64,000 nucleotides of DNA from an uncultured virus (IMG/VR IMGVR_UViG_2061766007_000665). Lineage: Duplodnaviria; Heunggongvirae; Uroviricota; Caudoviricetes. Of this stretch, positions 20,809 through 32,098 are shown piece after piece. A program made the translations under genes and the position numbers. Positions within the stretch are counted from its first letter, which is position 1. Every line of letters begins with the position of its first letter. The stretch lies in IMG/VR virus record IMGVR_UViG_2061766007_000665; one strand, given 5' to 3'. The notes under the pieces were generated by a model. That model was not told where the DNA came from and made no database searches. It saw nothing but the letters and a program-made list of their open reading frames with translations.

Positions 20809-23800
20809 ATGGCGAATGTATATAATACACTAACAGAACTATTTAGTGATATAGGTAATAGTATCCGCACAAAAACCGGCGGATCCTCTTCTATTGTTGC
20901 ACATAATTTCCCAGAAGAAATTGATTCTATTGTAACCTTAAATGAGGGAACAGTAGACGCTAATGCCTCTACCGGTGATATACTTTTAAATAAAACTGCT
21001 TATGTTAATGGCGTTAAATTAACTGGCACTATACCAACAAAATCAGCTAGCGATTTAAGCGTTGTTGGCCCCACAGTTATGGCCCCAGCTGGATATTATG
21101 CTACCGATGTTAATGCGAGTGTCGCTTCTATAGCACATGGAGCACCATCAATTAATAAGGCGGAGTTTAATACTACGTCTGGTAATGTGGAAATTACAGC
21201 AAACCATGTCCAATCTGCAGGTTATAATGCTGGCAATATTTCTTCTGCATCAACTAATGTAGTTATAGGGAAGTCTGAACAAACCGTTATTGCTGGTACT
21301 GCTGTTGGCCCAACCGTTACTGGATATGTTAATGCTACTGCTGGTTATACACCTGGATACAATCAAGCAATTACTGCAACTGTTGCACAAAGTACATTAA
21401 TTCCAGGTAATATTTCTGGTGCAGCTTATCTTGAGTCTACTGGGGATTATGGTTTTCAAGTTAATGTGGTGGTTCCAGAAGGATATCATAATGCAGGGAC
21501 AATAACTAAAAATTTTACAACTGGAATTTTTCCAGCTCCAGAGTCTAAAGCTACTGCTGATAAAATGCTTACTGGGTATTCGTTATATGATGAAGATGGT
21601 AAACTTGTTACTGGCTCTATGGTTAATCAGGGGGCACAGACCAACACAATTACAACTCAGGGCGGAACTTATACGATCCCTGCTGGATATCATAATGGTA
21701 GCGGCGTTGTTACCGCTTCTGTTACTACTGCAACACATCCAAACCCATCGATCAATAAGGCCATTTTCAACACGACTTCAGGTAATGTTGAAATTGCGGC
21801 AAATCATGTTCAGTCTACCGGTTATGTAACTGGTAGCACTACTAGTGCTGCGACGAATGTTGCAATTGGGCTTGGCGGAGTTAGTGGAGAACTGAATGTA
21901 ACTTCTGGAAATGTTGAAATTACAAAGAGTGCTGGATATATTGCTGCTGGTTCAAGTAATGTTCAAGTTGGACTTGCAACAATGAATGTCCCTACTGGTA
22001 GTAAAACACAAAGTACGCCTTTGTTCTCTTGGGATGCTGCAAATCGCAAACTAACCGCGAGTGTTGCAGCGACAAGTGGTACCGCATATGCCAATGTAAC
22101 AGCCGCCGGTTATGCTCCCACCGGCACGAAGAGCGGCACATTCAGTATGGGAGCCAGCTCTAATGTATATACCATAGCCGCTGCGGATATTAACGCGCCA
22201 TCTGGTTCCGCTACTCAGAGCAAACCTACTTTTAGTGTTGCAAATGCAACTGGTATTGTAACCGGTTCTGTTGCTGCAACGAGCGGCACCGCATATGCTA
22301 ACGTTAATACTGCAGGTTATGTCGATGCTGGCGCCAAATCTGGTACGTTTACAATGGCGTCATCTAGTAATACATATCAGCTTAATACAAAAGCAGGTGG
22401 AACAACTACAGTTACATCAACCGAATCAACGTTAATTAATGCTGGTCAGTTTGCTACTGGAGATATTAAGGCAAAAGCGGCTGCTGGGGNNNNNNNNNNN
22501 NNNNNNNNNNNNNNNNNNNNNNNNNNNNNNNNNNNNNNNNNNNNNNNNNNNNNNNNNNNNGATTTTAACCACAACTGGAGCAAACGGAAAGTACAGATTA
22601 ACGTCATCCGGTTCTGGCGGAGCTAATGTAACCACAGCTGGCTATTTAGCAGCCGGTACTTCTAACAGCAACTCTACGACTAATGCATATTATGTTAATA
22701 AAGCAACAGCAAGTTCTACTCAGCCTACAGCAAGCGCAACTGGAGGAACAGCATCAGCTAGTACCACCTTTACAAATATCTTAACAACAACTACTGCGAC
22801 CGATTATAAAATTGAAGCGTCTGCATCTGCCACTGGAGGGTCATCTAGCACCACAGCTGGATCCGTCACTGTTAGCGAAGGATATGCTCCTGCAGCTACA
22901 ACGGCAAGCGTCGCTGCAAAATCTGCCTCTGGAGCCAGTGCAAGTAATACTGCTACTAAATATTTAAATAAACAAACTATAACCGCCTATGCTGGCACTA
23001 GTAAAGCACAGAGCACCCCGTCTTTTGCGTTTAATGCATCAAACGGAGTTGTTACAGCAAGCGTGGCAGCCACATCTCAAACAATTTATAGAAATGTGTC
23101 TGAAGGATATAGAAATGCAGCAGATACAACTGCAGGAACATTCTCTATGACCGCAAGCTCTAATACCTATAATGTTGGACTTGCAACTATAAACGCTCCT
23201 TCAGGAAGCGCTGCGCAAAGTAAGCCAACGTTTAGTATTGATACTACAAACGGTATTGTAACGGCTAGCGTTGGGGCAACGTCAGGGACAGCTTATGCGA
23301 ATGTTACAGCTGCTGGATATACTCCAACCGCCACTAAGTCTGGTACATTTAGTATGACGGCAAGTAGTAATACTTATACACTGACTGCTGCCACGGCCAA
23401 TACACAAACTGGCGCCGCGACTATTGGAGCAAGCTCTGCCCTTGCGAATGCTATAGTTAATACAAATATAAAGCTTACCGATACTGTTACTGATTTTAAA
23501 TTAGTATCTAGCGCAAACTCAACGTCTGGTGCTATTACTGCCAAAACCGTTGAAGCCACCGCTGGGCCTGGTTATGTAAAATCTGGTACCGTTAAGGCTT
23601 CTGCTACAGTAAGTGCTGTTGCAGCAAAAACTGCTTCTGATAGTAAAACTAAGTATGTTAATAAAGCAACTTTAACTGGCGAAGCAAATAGCGTAACCGT
23701 TAGTGGTAAAACTGTTACCTATAATATTAAAGCAGTAGCATCTGAAGGATATAATTTAGGACAGACTATTTGGGTCAATGGCACAAAGTCTGTTGCAGAC

Positions 23801-25038
23801 GGTGCAATAAATAATCCATCTGGTTCTCAACAACAAAGTACCCCCGCTATCACTCTTTATGCTAATGGTTTAATTTCGGCCACTTCTGCGGCTACAACTG
23901 GTACTGCATATAGAAATGTTACAACAGCTGGATATTTGCCCACATCAACAACTGGAGGTACTTTTAGTTTAACAGCTTCTGCTGCTGGAACAAAGCAATT
24001 AACAACTCAGGCTGGTGGTACTACAACAATTACAGGAAATACAAAGATTGTTGCTAATCAAACCTTTACTACCGGAGATGTTTATGCCACAGTTGCNNNN
24101 NNNNNNNNNNNNNNNNNNNNCAATAGTAACGGTAACATAAGATATTATGTAAACACTACTGCCGGCTATACTGCTGCTAATACTTCTGCTTACTATTTGC
24201 AGTTAAATACTAAGGCTGGTGGAACTACAACAGTTACAACTACAGAGTCTACTTTAATAAACGCTGGACAATTTGCTGTCGGGGCGATTAAGGCCAAAGC
24301 CGCAGCTGGGACATTAGCTGCGGGCACAGCNNNNNNNNNNNNNNNNNNNNNNNGTAATGTGTCTGCTGCTGGTTACATAGCTGCTAATACCACTCCTTAT
24401 TATTTACAACTCAATACAAAAGCTGGCGGAGATATTGATCTTGAACCTGGTGTTTTTACAAAAATTATAAGCGCCGGTCAGTTTGCGACTGGGGATATTT
24501 ATGCTATAGCACCACTAAGTCTTAGTAATCANNNNNNNNNNNNNNNNNNNNNNNNNNNNNNNNNNNNNNNGAACAGCCAACCGTGTTACTTCATTAACTT
24601 TCCCTGGATTTTCAACAGTTCCAAGTCAATTCTATATAGAAATGGCAGCTCCAAGAGCTAGCGGGATTAGAGGCACTAATTTCCCGCCAATAGGCATAAG
24701 TGATNNNNNNNNNNNNNNNNNNNNNNNNNNNNNNTTATTATAATGGAGTAACTTATACAAGTTATATGCAATATTATACAAGTTTTGGTAGTTGTTTAGC
24801 AGCTTCAGTTAAAGGGGCTTATGATTCTAATGGCTACGGCTGGGGCAGTGTTTTAACTGCTTCTTTATCAGGTACAACATTAACAATTACATTAGACAAG
24901 AATATTCCCAATGCGTGGAAATTAGAAACCGCTACAGACCAGTGTAGCAGTACTGCTTGGTGTGCTTTTAGAAAACCATGGTATACTACATCGTATAGTA
25001 CATATGCATATTCTCCTAATTGGTGTATTTGGTATTAA
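20809..25038 (+). CDS. Thr/Ser/Ala/Gly-rich tail fibre protein 2 (about 1,400 aa; joined across several N-gaps)
   Basis: LTELFSDIGNSIRTKTG start; YTIPAGYHNGSG; internal repeats ...TASVAATSGTAYANVTAAGY...KSGTFSM and QLNTKAGG...INAGQFATGDI; aromatic-rich C-terminal tip. Confidence 0.8.
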
Positions 25039-25073
25039 TCTAAATAAAAAACATATTTTATTAGTGTATACAC

Positions 25074-25120
25074 CACTATATATAGTGCATATGTGAGATA
25101 TCATATCACTATATATAGTG
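25074..25120. promoter_or_regulatory. Tandem perfect palindromes CACTATATATAGTG (NrdR-box-like operator pair)
   Basis: Identical 14-bp palindromes at 25074-25087 and 25107-25120 (33-bp period); match to NrdR consensus acaCwAtATaTwGtg. Confidence 0.7.
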
Positions 25121-25150
25121 GATATATTAAAAGGTTTAAAAGGTTAAAAA

Positions 25151-26228
25151 ATGAAAAAAATTACGGTTGGAATCCCTGCTTTTCATGCTCAGGGACATAT
25201 TTGTAATGCGTTAGCATCTATTCAGATTCAAACTGTGGTGAATGACATAGCTGTCATTATTGCTAAAGATGATCCGAACGACAATTATGATTTTGTAAAA
25301 GAAAGATACCCTGATTTAGATATCACAATTTTAGAGTGTGAAAAAAATACCGGTCCTGGCTTAGCACGGCAGCGCGCATTAGATGCTGCAAAAACAAAAT
25401 GGATTACATTTATGGACGCTGATGATATATTTGTCGGGGCATTTGCTTTGGAAAATTTATATCGTGCCATTGAGCCAGATTGTATAGAAGTAATGGCTAC
25501 TTTTTTACAAGAAGTGGATGATAATCCGAAGGTTCGTGTTATACCTATTGGACATCTTGGCCACCCCTGGGTTTTTGGAAGAATGTATGATGTTGAATTT
25601 TTAAGAACCAATGGAGTAAGATTTTCAGAGCTTCGCGCTATGGAAGATGGAGAATTTAATTCAAAAATTCGTCTTATTACAGAGGGCACATCATTATTTA
25701 TTAAACAGGTAGATGCAGAGATATATCTTTGGAAAGTTGGGTCTGAGCATTCCATTACTCGTATAGGCGTTGATGACAGTGGAATTCCTCAGTATAATTT
25801 TGATCTTTGTGCTGTTGGAGCCANNNNNNNNNNNNNNNNNNNNNNNNNNNNNNNNNNNNAATCCATTTAATGGCAACATAACTAAATATATATGCGAAAT
25901 GATGTTAAACAATTATTTTACATATATTGAATGCATTGCTAAAAGACCGGTGTTTGCTGAGCAGTGCTTCTTTAATGCAAAACGTTTTTATCACGAATGC
26001 TATCAGGAGATAGAAAGTCAAATTAGTAAAAAGATTCTTACTGATTTATACACTTCTNNNNNNNNNNNNNNNNNNNNNNNNNNNNNNNNNNNNNNNNNNN
26101 NNNNNNNNNNNNNNNNNNNNNNNNNNNNNNNNNNNNNNNNNNNNGAAGAATTTAACTCGATTAGATCTAAACTCCCACAAGAGATAATTAATAACGATCT
26201 AAAAACCGGGGTTCTTGGTTACGCATAA
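25151..26228 (+). CDS. Glycosyltransferase family 2 (GT-A); joined across gaps
   Basis: ITVGIPAFH start, NTGPGLARQxALD, WITFMDADD (DxD), FSELRAMEDGEFN. Confidence 0.92.
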
Positions 26229-26246
26229 TTTAAAAGGTAAAATTCT

Positions 26247-26639
26247 ATGAATAGAATTTTTAAAGTGGTTGGAAATTTTCCAGATGACAAATTCGATAAA
26301 ATGCTTGCTACTCTTGAAAAGCACTTTTCTTTTATGTACCTTGATGAAACTCTGTTTTTATCTTTAAACGATTATCGTGATGAAGATAATGTTGGTGATA
26401 TTCTCAAGTCTGTGTTTAAGCCAGCGAAGGACTATTATATTCAAACAATAACATATGATAGTGTCCATGCCCTTAGTCCAATTGTAAAAGAATGGTGCCT
26501 TAACAATTTTGCTAAACTTAATATGCAATCTGTTGAAGATGAGGAGCAAGATAAATTACAAATGCGCATGCAAGCGTTGAAACTAACAGAAGAGAGATTA
26601 AAAGAGCTTTCTAATAAACATAGAAAGGAGGGAAGTTAA
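26247..26639 (+). CDS. Hypothetical protein upstream of portal
   Basis: 130-aa ORF; TAATG overlap with the portal start. Confidence 0.7.
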   Translation: MNRIFKVVGNFPDDKFDKMLATLEKHFSFMYLDETLFLSLNDYRDEDNVGDILKSVFKPAKDYYIQTITYDSVHALSPIVKEWCLNNFAKLNMQSVEDEEQDKLQMRMQALKLTEERLKELSNKHRKEGS

Positions 26640-28379
26640 TGGCAAAAGACTTAACCATTACTAACGAAGAAGCTACAAAACCCAAAAGGGGCCGTCCGGC
26701 AAAGAAAGAAGCGCCAGTAGAAAACGAAGAAGTTGAGAAAGTTACAATGCGCAAAGTTGGCAACCAGGTTGGTAAAGTTAAAGATGTTAGCGATCCAATC
26801 ACGTATAACGATGTGCAAAGTCAATGGCGTCAAATTTTTTCTAAATATTCTAATGTCGGATATGAAACCATAATAGCTCAATATGGCGCTTCCCTTGCAG
26901 AACTCAATAATCCATATATACAAAATTATAGAGTTAAAAAGATTAATTCTGCCCCAATGAAATTAACCAGGCAGGAGATGGAAGAAGCTCTTCTTAATCC
27001 AGAGTCTCACGAAGAACAATTGCGCAGGGTTAGCATGTGGCTTTATTATTCTAACTACATTTATCAACAGGTCATACAGTTAAACAGGAATGTACCAAAA
27101 TATCATTATTATTATGTTCCGCTTTATCTTGAAGGCAAAGNNNNNNNNNNNNNNNNNNNNNNNNNNNNNNNNNNGAAAAAGTTTAATCCTCAATATGTAT
27201 TTAAAACAATAGCTACACAAGTTGCTGCGCAGGGGAAATGCACTTATCTTTGTAGAGGAAGCTTTGATAAAAAGAATGCTAACTATTTGGTGCTTCAGAA
27301 GCTAAATCAGGAGAATGTTAAAATCACTGGTTTTGGCTCTAAGCAAACTTTTATAGTGTCATTTGATATGTCTATTTTCCTTCAACCCGGATATTCGGTT
27401 GAGCAATATCCTCCATTTATTAAATCCGCTTGGGACGAAATGTGGAGGGCTGGAGTTATAGTGCAAGACAAACGTGGCGTTAAAAAGATTAATCCAAAAG
27501 CATCTTTACCAGATGGACATATATTAGAGAGTCGTGGTGCTGGATCATATTTTTATTGGGTACAGCTTCCTCAAGATTTGGCGTGGACATTCTCGGCAGA
27601 TGCGTCGCATCCATTACAGATTCCTATGGAAATTGGCTTAGACGATGATATGAACGACCTTAATTCATATCGTTGGCTCCAATCTAATCTTGCAACTAAA
27701 GGAACTACTGCGCTTTTAACTGCTGAAGTAGAACTTACAAAAGATGCTAAGGCTGGTTCTGATGCTACAATTATTAGCCCAGATGTTATTTTGGGTTATC
27801 AGGATTTCTTTAGACAAACTGTTAGTGAGCAATATGAAATCTTTATTGCGCCNNNNNNNNNNNNNNNNNNNNNNNNNNNNNNNNNNNNNCCGAAGCCTTG
27901 AATATAGTTTATAATCATATTAAAGAGCTTATGGCCGCTTCTGGTTTAAGTGGTTTACTTCCTATTACTGACAAGCCTAGCATAGCCTCTATTAAAGCAC
28001 AGCAGGCACTGTTTGCAGAGAAAGTTAATTACTTAACTAAGCAGTTTGAAGCCTTTATTAATGACTATATAAATTCCAATTACGAGCTTCATTATGAGTG
28101 GACTGTAAAATTTTGGGGCGACATTTTCTTTGAAAGAGATGACGCGAAAAATATGAAGGAGCTGTTTATAAATGGTGTTACTGGAATATTGCCAAAACTT
28201 TTGTCCACTTATGATATGACCGTAGAGGACTACAAGGGGTCTACTATTTATCTTGATTTACTTGATCTTAAGTTTGAAGACAAAGAAAAGCTCGAAGAAC
28301 ACAACCCTGTTGGAAGACCAAGACTTAATGATGATGAAGTAGAAAACGATNNNNNNNNNNNNNNNNNNACATAAAGTAA
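26639..28379 (+). CDS. Portal protein (SPbeta YonE-like); joined across gaps
   Basis: About 575 aa; LRRVSMWLYYSNYIY motif; C-terminal NPVGRP...DEVEND; lies upstream of protease and capsid genes. Confidence 0.78.
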
Positions 28380-28409
28380 ATGTCGATTACACAAAGGAAG
28401 AGAGTGGTT

Positions 28410-28604
28410 ATGGACAAGTGCAATCACGATCTAAGTACAAATAGCAGCTTGGTAAAATCGCCTTTACGGAGACTGGTATATCCTTGCCAGATAGGTTACT
28501 TTTGCCCAGTATGTAAAAAGTTTTTTGTGATGATAAAAGATGAAAATGGTGTGAATCATTTACTAGAAAAAGGGAAAAATCTCAAAAACAGTTGCAACGG
28601 GTAA
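28410..28604 (+). CDS. Small putative Zn-binding protein
   Basis: CNH...C...CPVC. Confidence 0.5.
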   Translation: MDKCNHDLSTNSSLVKSPLRRLVYPCQIGYFCPVCKKFFVMIKDENGVNHLLEKGKNLKNSCNG

Positions 28605-28626
28605 AAGAAAGGAGGTGCTTCTGCGT

Positions 28627-29077
28627 ATGACATTTGAAGAAATTTTGCAATTTATAGGGGCTCATTGGCATCAAGGGTTACTATATTTAATTTTGTTTAG
28701 TGGNNNNNNNNNNNNNNNNNNNNNNNNNNNNAAAATTAATCCTTGGAGCTGGTTGGCTAAAAAAATTGGCAAAGCTTTAAATGGAGAGCTGGTTAAGAAG
28801 CTCGAGGCATTAGAAAAGCAATTAGATGGGCATATTAAGTCTGATGAGCAATATCGAATTGAAAATAAACGTGTGCGCATACTTAGCTTTTCTGATGATT
28901 TANNNNNNNNNNNNNNNNNNNNNNNNNNNNNNNNNNNNNCAAATACTTTTAGACATTACAGATTATAATCGTTATTGTGACGCGCATCCAGATTTTAAGA
29001 ATAAGATTACATCACACGCGGCTAAACTCATAGAGAATACTTATGATCAATTATTAAATGATGATAGTTTTCTATAA
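28627..29077 (+). CDS. Membrane-anchored holin-associated phage protein
   Basis: N-terminal TM segment; KINPWSWLAKKIGKALN; RVRILSFSDDL...DITDYNRYCDAHPDFKN, a family common in Firmicutes phage lysis modules. Confidence 0.7.
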
Positions 29078-29101
29078 TGTGAGATCTGGGGAGGTCTTAT
29101 C

Positions 29102-29423
29102 ATGAAGAATACTTTACAAGATAAGAAGAAATCCAACTTTGAGTTTTCCAAGGCGCTGACTGTAGCTATAGTTATTATTATGGCTANNNNNNNNNNNNNN
29201 NNNNNNNNNNNNNNNNNNNNNNNNNNNNNNNNNNNNNNNNNNNNNNNNNNNNNNNNNNCCGGTTGCATGTATAACTACTATTCTCGGCGCTCTACTGTCT
29301 TATGCTCTTTATCAGGGGTCTTTAAAAATTTCCTTGAATAGAAACAAACTAACCATTGACGATGGCGTTGTTAAACCAATTTACGACAAATTTTTAGAAG
29401 ACGACGAAGAAGAGCAGCAATAA
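29102..29423 (+). CDS. Small membrane protein, putative holin
   Basis: FEFSKALTVAIVII; after the gap PVACITTILGALLSYALY...acidic tail, TAA at 29421-29423. Confidence 0.55.
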
Positions 29424-29505
29424 TTATACTATTAAAAGCCTTAGCTTTTAATATACTTATTCTCTTAGGAGAATTTATATCTTGAGAGAAAGGAGGAAAA
29501 CTATA

Positions 29506-31518
29506 TTGAATGACAAAGTAAAAAGGTTTAAACTTGACCCTAAGACGATTAAAGTAAAGGAGTTGCTTAATTCTGATTTCCTTGAGCTTGAAATAAAGGC
29601 CATTTCTACTGCTTATCCTAATAGAAATCAGTCCCATTTTACTAAAGAGGCATTAGAAAAGGCAATTCCTACATTTTATAATAAGCCAATTTTAGGAGCG
29701 TTTTCTGTAGATCTTGATGACTTTAGAGCGCATGAAGGCGATCTAACCTATGACAAAGAACTTGAAAATCTTTATTATGATTATACTTCACCTTTATCTG
29801 AAACACCGCTTGGTCTAATTCGTGGCGATGATACGGTTGCTGTGATTCATAGCGAAAAAGATGGACTGGATTGGATTACATTTACTTGCGCCATTTGGGT
29901 TAAGTACAACTACAAACAGGTCAAAAAGTTACTAAAGTCTAAGGATGGGCATAAAAAGATATCCGTTGAAATTGAAGTCAATGATTCATATGTTGACGAA
30001 GACAATATCGAAGTCATTAACGACTTTACTTTTGATGGTGTTACTATTCTTGGAGATGATTTTGAAACTGGTATAGCTGATGCCGAAATGACTATCCTTG
30101 ATGTGGTCGAAAATGCTTTGTTTGCAAAGAAAACAAAGGCCTTGGCTTTTGCGTATAACTCCTTAAAGAATGTCAACAACTCTGATGATGATATAAATTC
30201 TGATCAGAAGAATAACACTTTCGAGACTAATCCTGTAGTAAATGAGGAAGTTCCTGAAGTTACTATGGATCAAGACAATGAAAAGGAAGGAGGGATTTCA
30301 AAAGTGAATCTTACTATGCAAGCAAAGATTGAGTTGCTTTCTAATGCGCTGAGAGAGTCTTTAAATGGCTATGCTTGGGTTATGGACTTTGATGATGAAT
30401 ATGTATATTTTGAGTCCGATGAAGGCAATTTCCGTTGCAAGTATGAAATAACTGAAGACACAGAAGGCAAACATGTTGTTCTTCTTTCGGTTAATGAAAA
30501 AGAACCGGTTATTCGTTCTTGGACAGTTGTCTTTGCTGAAGATAAGAAAGAACAGGAAGCCTGCGATTCTAAAGAAGAAGAGGCTTGTGGTTCTAAGGAA
30601 GATGAAGCTTGCGGCGACTCTAAAGAAGAAGAAGCTTGTGACAGCAAAGAAGAAGAAGCCTGCGGAGATAAACAGGAAGAAGCTTGTGGGGACAAGGAAG
30701 AAGAAGCTTGCGGAGATAAAGAAGCTGAAGCATGCGATGATTGCGACGATTCTGAAGAGGATAAAGAAGATGAGTGCAAATTTGCTGCTGTTGAAGCTGA
30801 TTTAAATTCAGAGCCAGAAAGCATTGATACAGAAGGCAAAGAAATGACTCAGATTATTGAAGAGTCTACTGCTGGTATTGCTGCTCCTGAAGCACAGGAT
30901 AGTGCTGATGCGGTCGGAGACGCTAATGGCGAAGTTGCTTCTATGCTTGGTGGTTCTGTTGAAGAAGCTATTGTTTCAGAACAAGAGCCGGAACCGGCTG
31001 AGGGTTCTCCTGAACCCGAAGCTGACNNNNNNNNNNNNNNNNNNNNNNNNNNCTCCGAACAAAACGACGTATCTAGTGAGTCTGATGAACATGAAAAGAT
31101 TGAGTTTAATGGTGAAATGATTGATATTCATCAGCTTCTGGAAAAATATAATGAGCTTAATAATAATTTCACCGAGCTGCAAAACTCCGTTAAGGCAGAG
31201 GCGGCCCTTAAGCTTGCCAAAATCGGTGAAAACTTCGTTAATGACGATAAAGTTGTTGATGAAGAGAGCAAAGCCAACTATATTAAGTCAATTACAGAGA
31301 AGTGCATTTCTTATGAATTTACTACTGAAGAAGAAGTGCTTAAATTTGCTAAGGGGCTGTTGGCAATGTATTATTATGAGAATAGAACCCAAAAAGAAAG
31401 TTCAGAAGAATTTTCTGTTTCCATTGAGCAACCCGCTCACGTAGGAAAGGATGCATCTGGTTCTAAATTAAAAGATGCAATTTATAAATTAAATCATTTA
31501 CAATCAGAATCTCTGTAA
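29506..31518 (+). CDS. Prohead protease-scaffold fusion (YonD-like)
   Basis: AGGAGG then TTG at 29506; NRNQSHFTKE, NKPILG, H, ISVEI (Ser nucleophile candidate), FTFDGVTILG; acidic coiled-coil C-terminal half. Confidence 0.82.
   Translation: MNDKVKRFKLDPKTIKVKELLNSDFLELEIKAISTAYPNRNQSHFTKEALEKAIPTFYNKPILGAFSVDLDDFRAHEGDLTYDKELENLYYDYTSPLSETPLGLIRGDDTVAVIHSEKDGLDWITFTCAIWVKYNYKQVKKLLKSKDGHKKISVEIEVNDSYVDEDNIEVINDFTFDGVTILGDDFETGIADAEMTILDVVENALFAKKTKALAFAYNSLKNVNNSDDDINSDQKNNTFETNPVVNEEVPEVTMDQDNEKEGGISKVNLTMQAKIELLSNALRESLNGYAWVMDFDDEYVYFESDEGNFRCKYEITEDTEGKHVVLLSVNEKEPVIRSWTVVFAEDKKEQEACDSKEEEACGSKEDEACGDSKEEEACDSKEEEACGDKQEEACGDKEEEACGDKEAEACDDCDDSEEDKEDECKFAAVEADLNSEPESIDTEGKEMTQIIEESTAGIAAPEAQDSADAVGDANGEVASMLGGSVEEAIVSEQEPEPAEGSPEPEADXXXXXXXXXSEQNDVSSESDEHEKIEFNGEMIDIHQLLEKYNELNNNFTELQNSVKAEAALKLAKIGENFVNDDKVVDEESKANYIKSITEKCISYEFTTEEEVLKFAKGLLAMYYYENRTQKESSEEFSVSIEQPAHVGKDASGSKLKDAIYKLNHLQSESL
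30550..30745 (+). repeat. Coding tandem repeat (E/Q)EEAC(G/D)(D/S)K x8, 24-27 bp unit
   Basis: GAAGAAGAAGCYTGYGG... repeated 8 times in the scaffold region. Confidence 0.9.
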
Positions 31519-31533
31519 GGAGGAAAGAATTCT

Positions 31534-32062
31534 ATGAAGATTTTCAACAAAATCCTGATGAGCAGCGAGACAGAAGTTAACCTTCTCAAGGATGGTTATT
31601 TCATGGACGATGGCGTTGATGCTGAAGTCGAAGATGGCGCTCTCGTTTCTATCAAAGGCCTTCGTGACCATGATCTCTATACCGGTATGAAGGATCTCAA
31701 CGCTCGTATTATTACTGCTTTTGACGAAGACGCCCCGATTTATGGTTTCGTTGACTATGTCGGCGTTTCTCATGGCGACGTCCTCGGCGTTACCTATCGC
31801 GTTGGCGATAAGATCGCTGGAACTTATCCCGTTGCTGGCGAGGGAACTCGCGTTCGTATGCTTGCTCTTGGTGACGAATTCTATCTTGGTAATGAGAATT
31901 TCGACGGCACACCTGAAGCTGGCAAATTTGCTGTTCCAGTTGATGGCGAAANNNNNNNNNNNNNNNNNNNNNNNNNTTGAGATCGAAGATTCCAGAGATC
32001 TCATTATGGGTCAGGTTAACGAAGGCTCCAAACTTTGGAGAGTTCGTGTTATTTCTCTGTAA
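31534..32062 (+). CDS. Capsid decoration / minor head protein (YonC-like position)
   Basis: Between scaffold and MCP; highly expressed codon bias; RVRMLALGDEF; joined across a gap. Confidence 0.65.
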
Positions 32063-32098
32063 TCTAGTAGAAAATAGAAATAAGGAGGAAAACCTACT

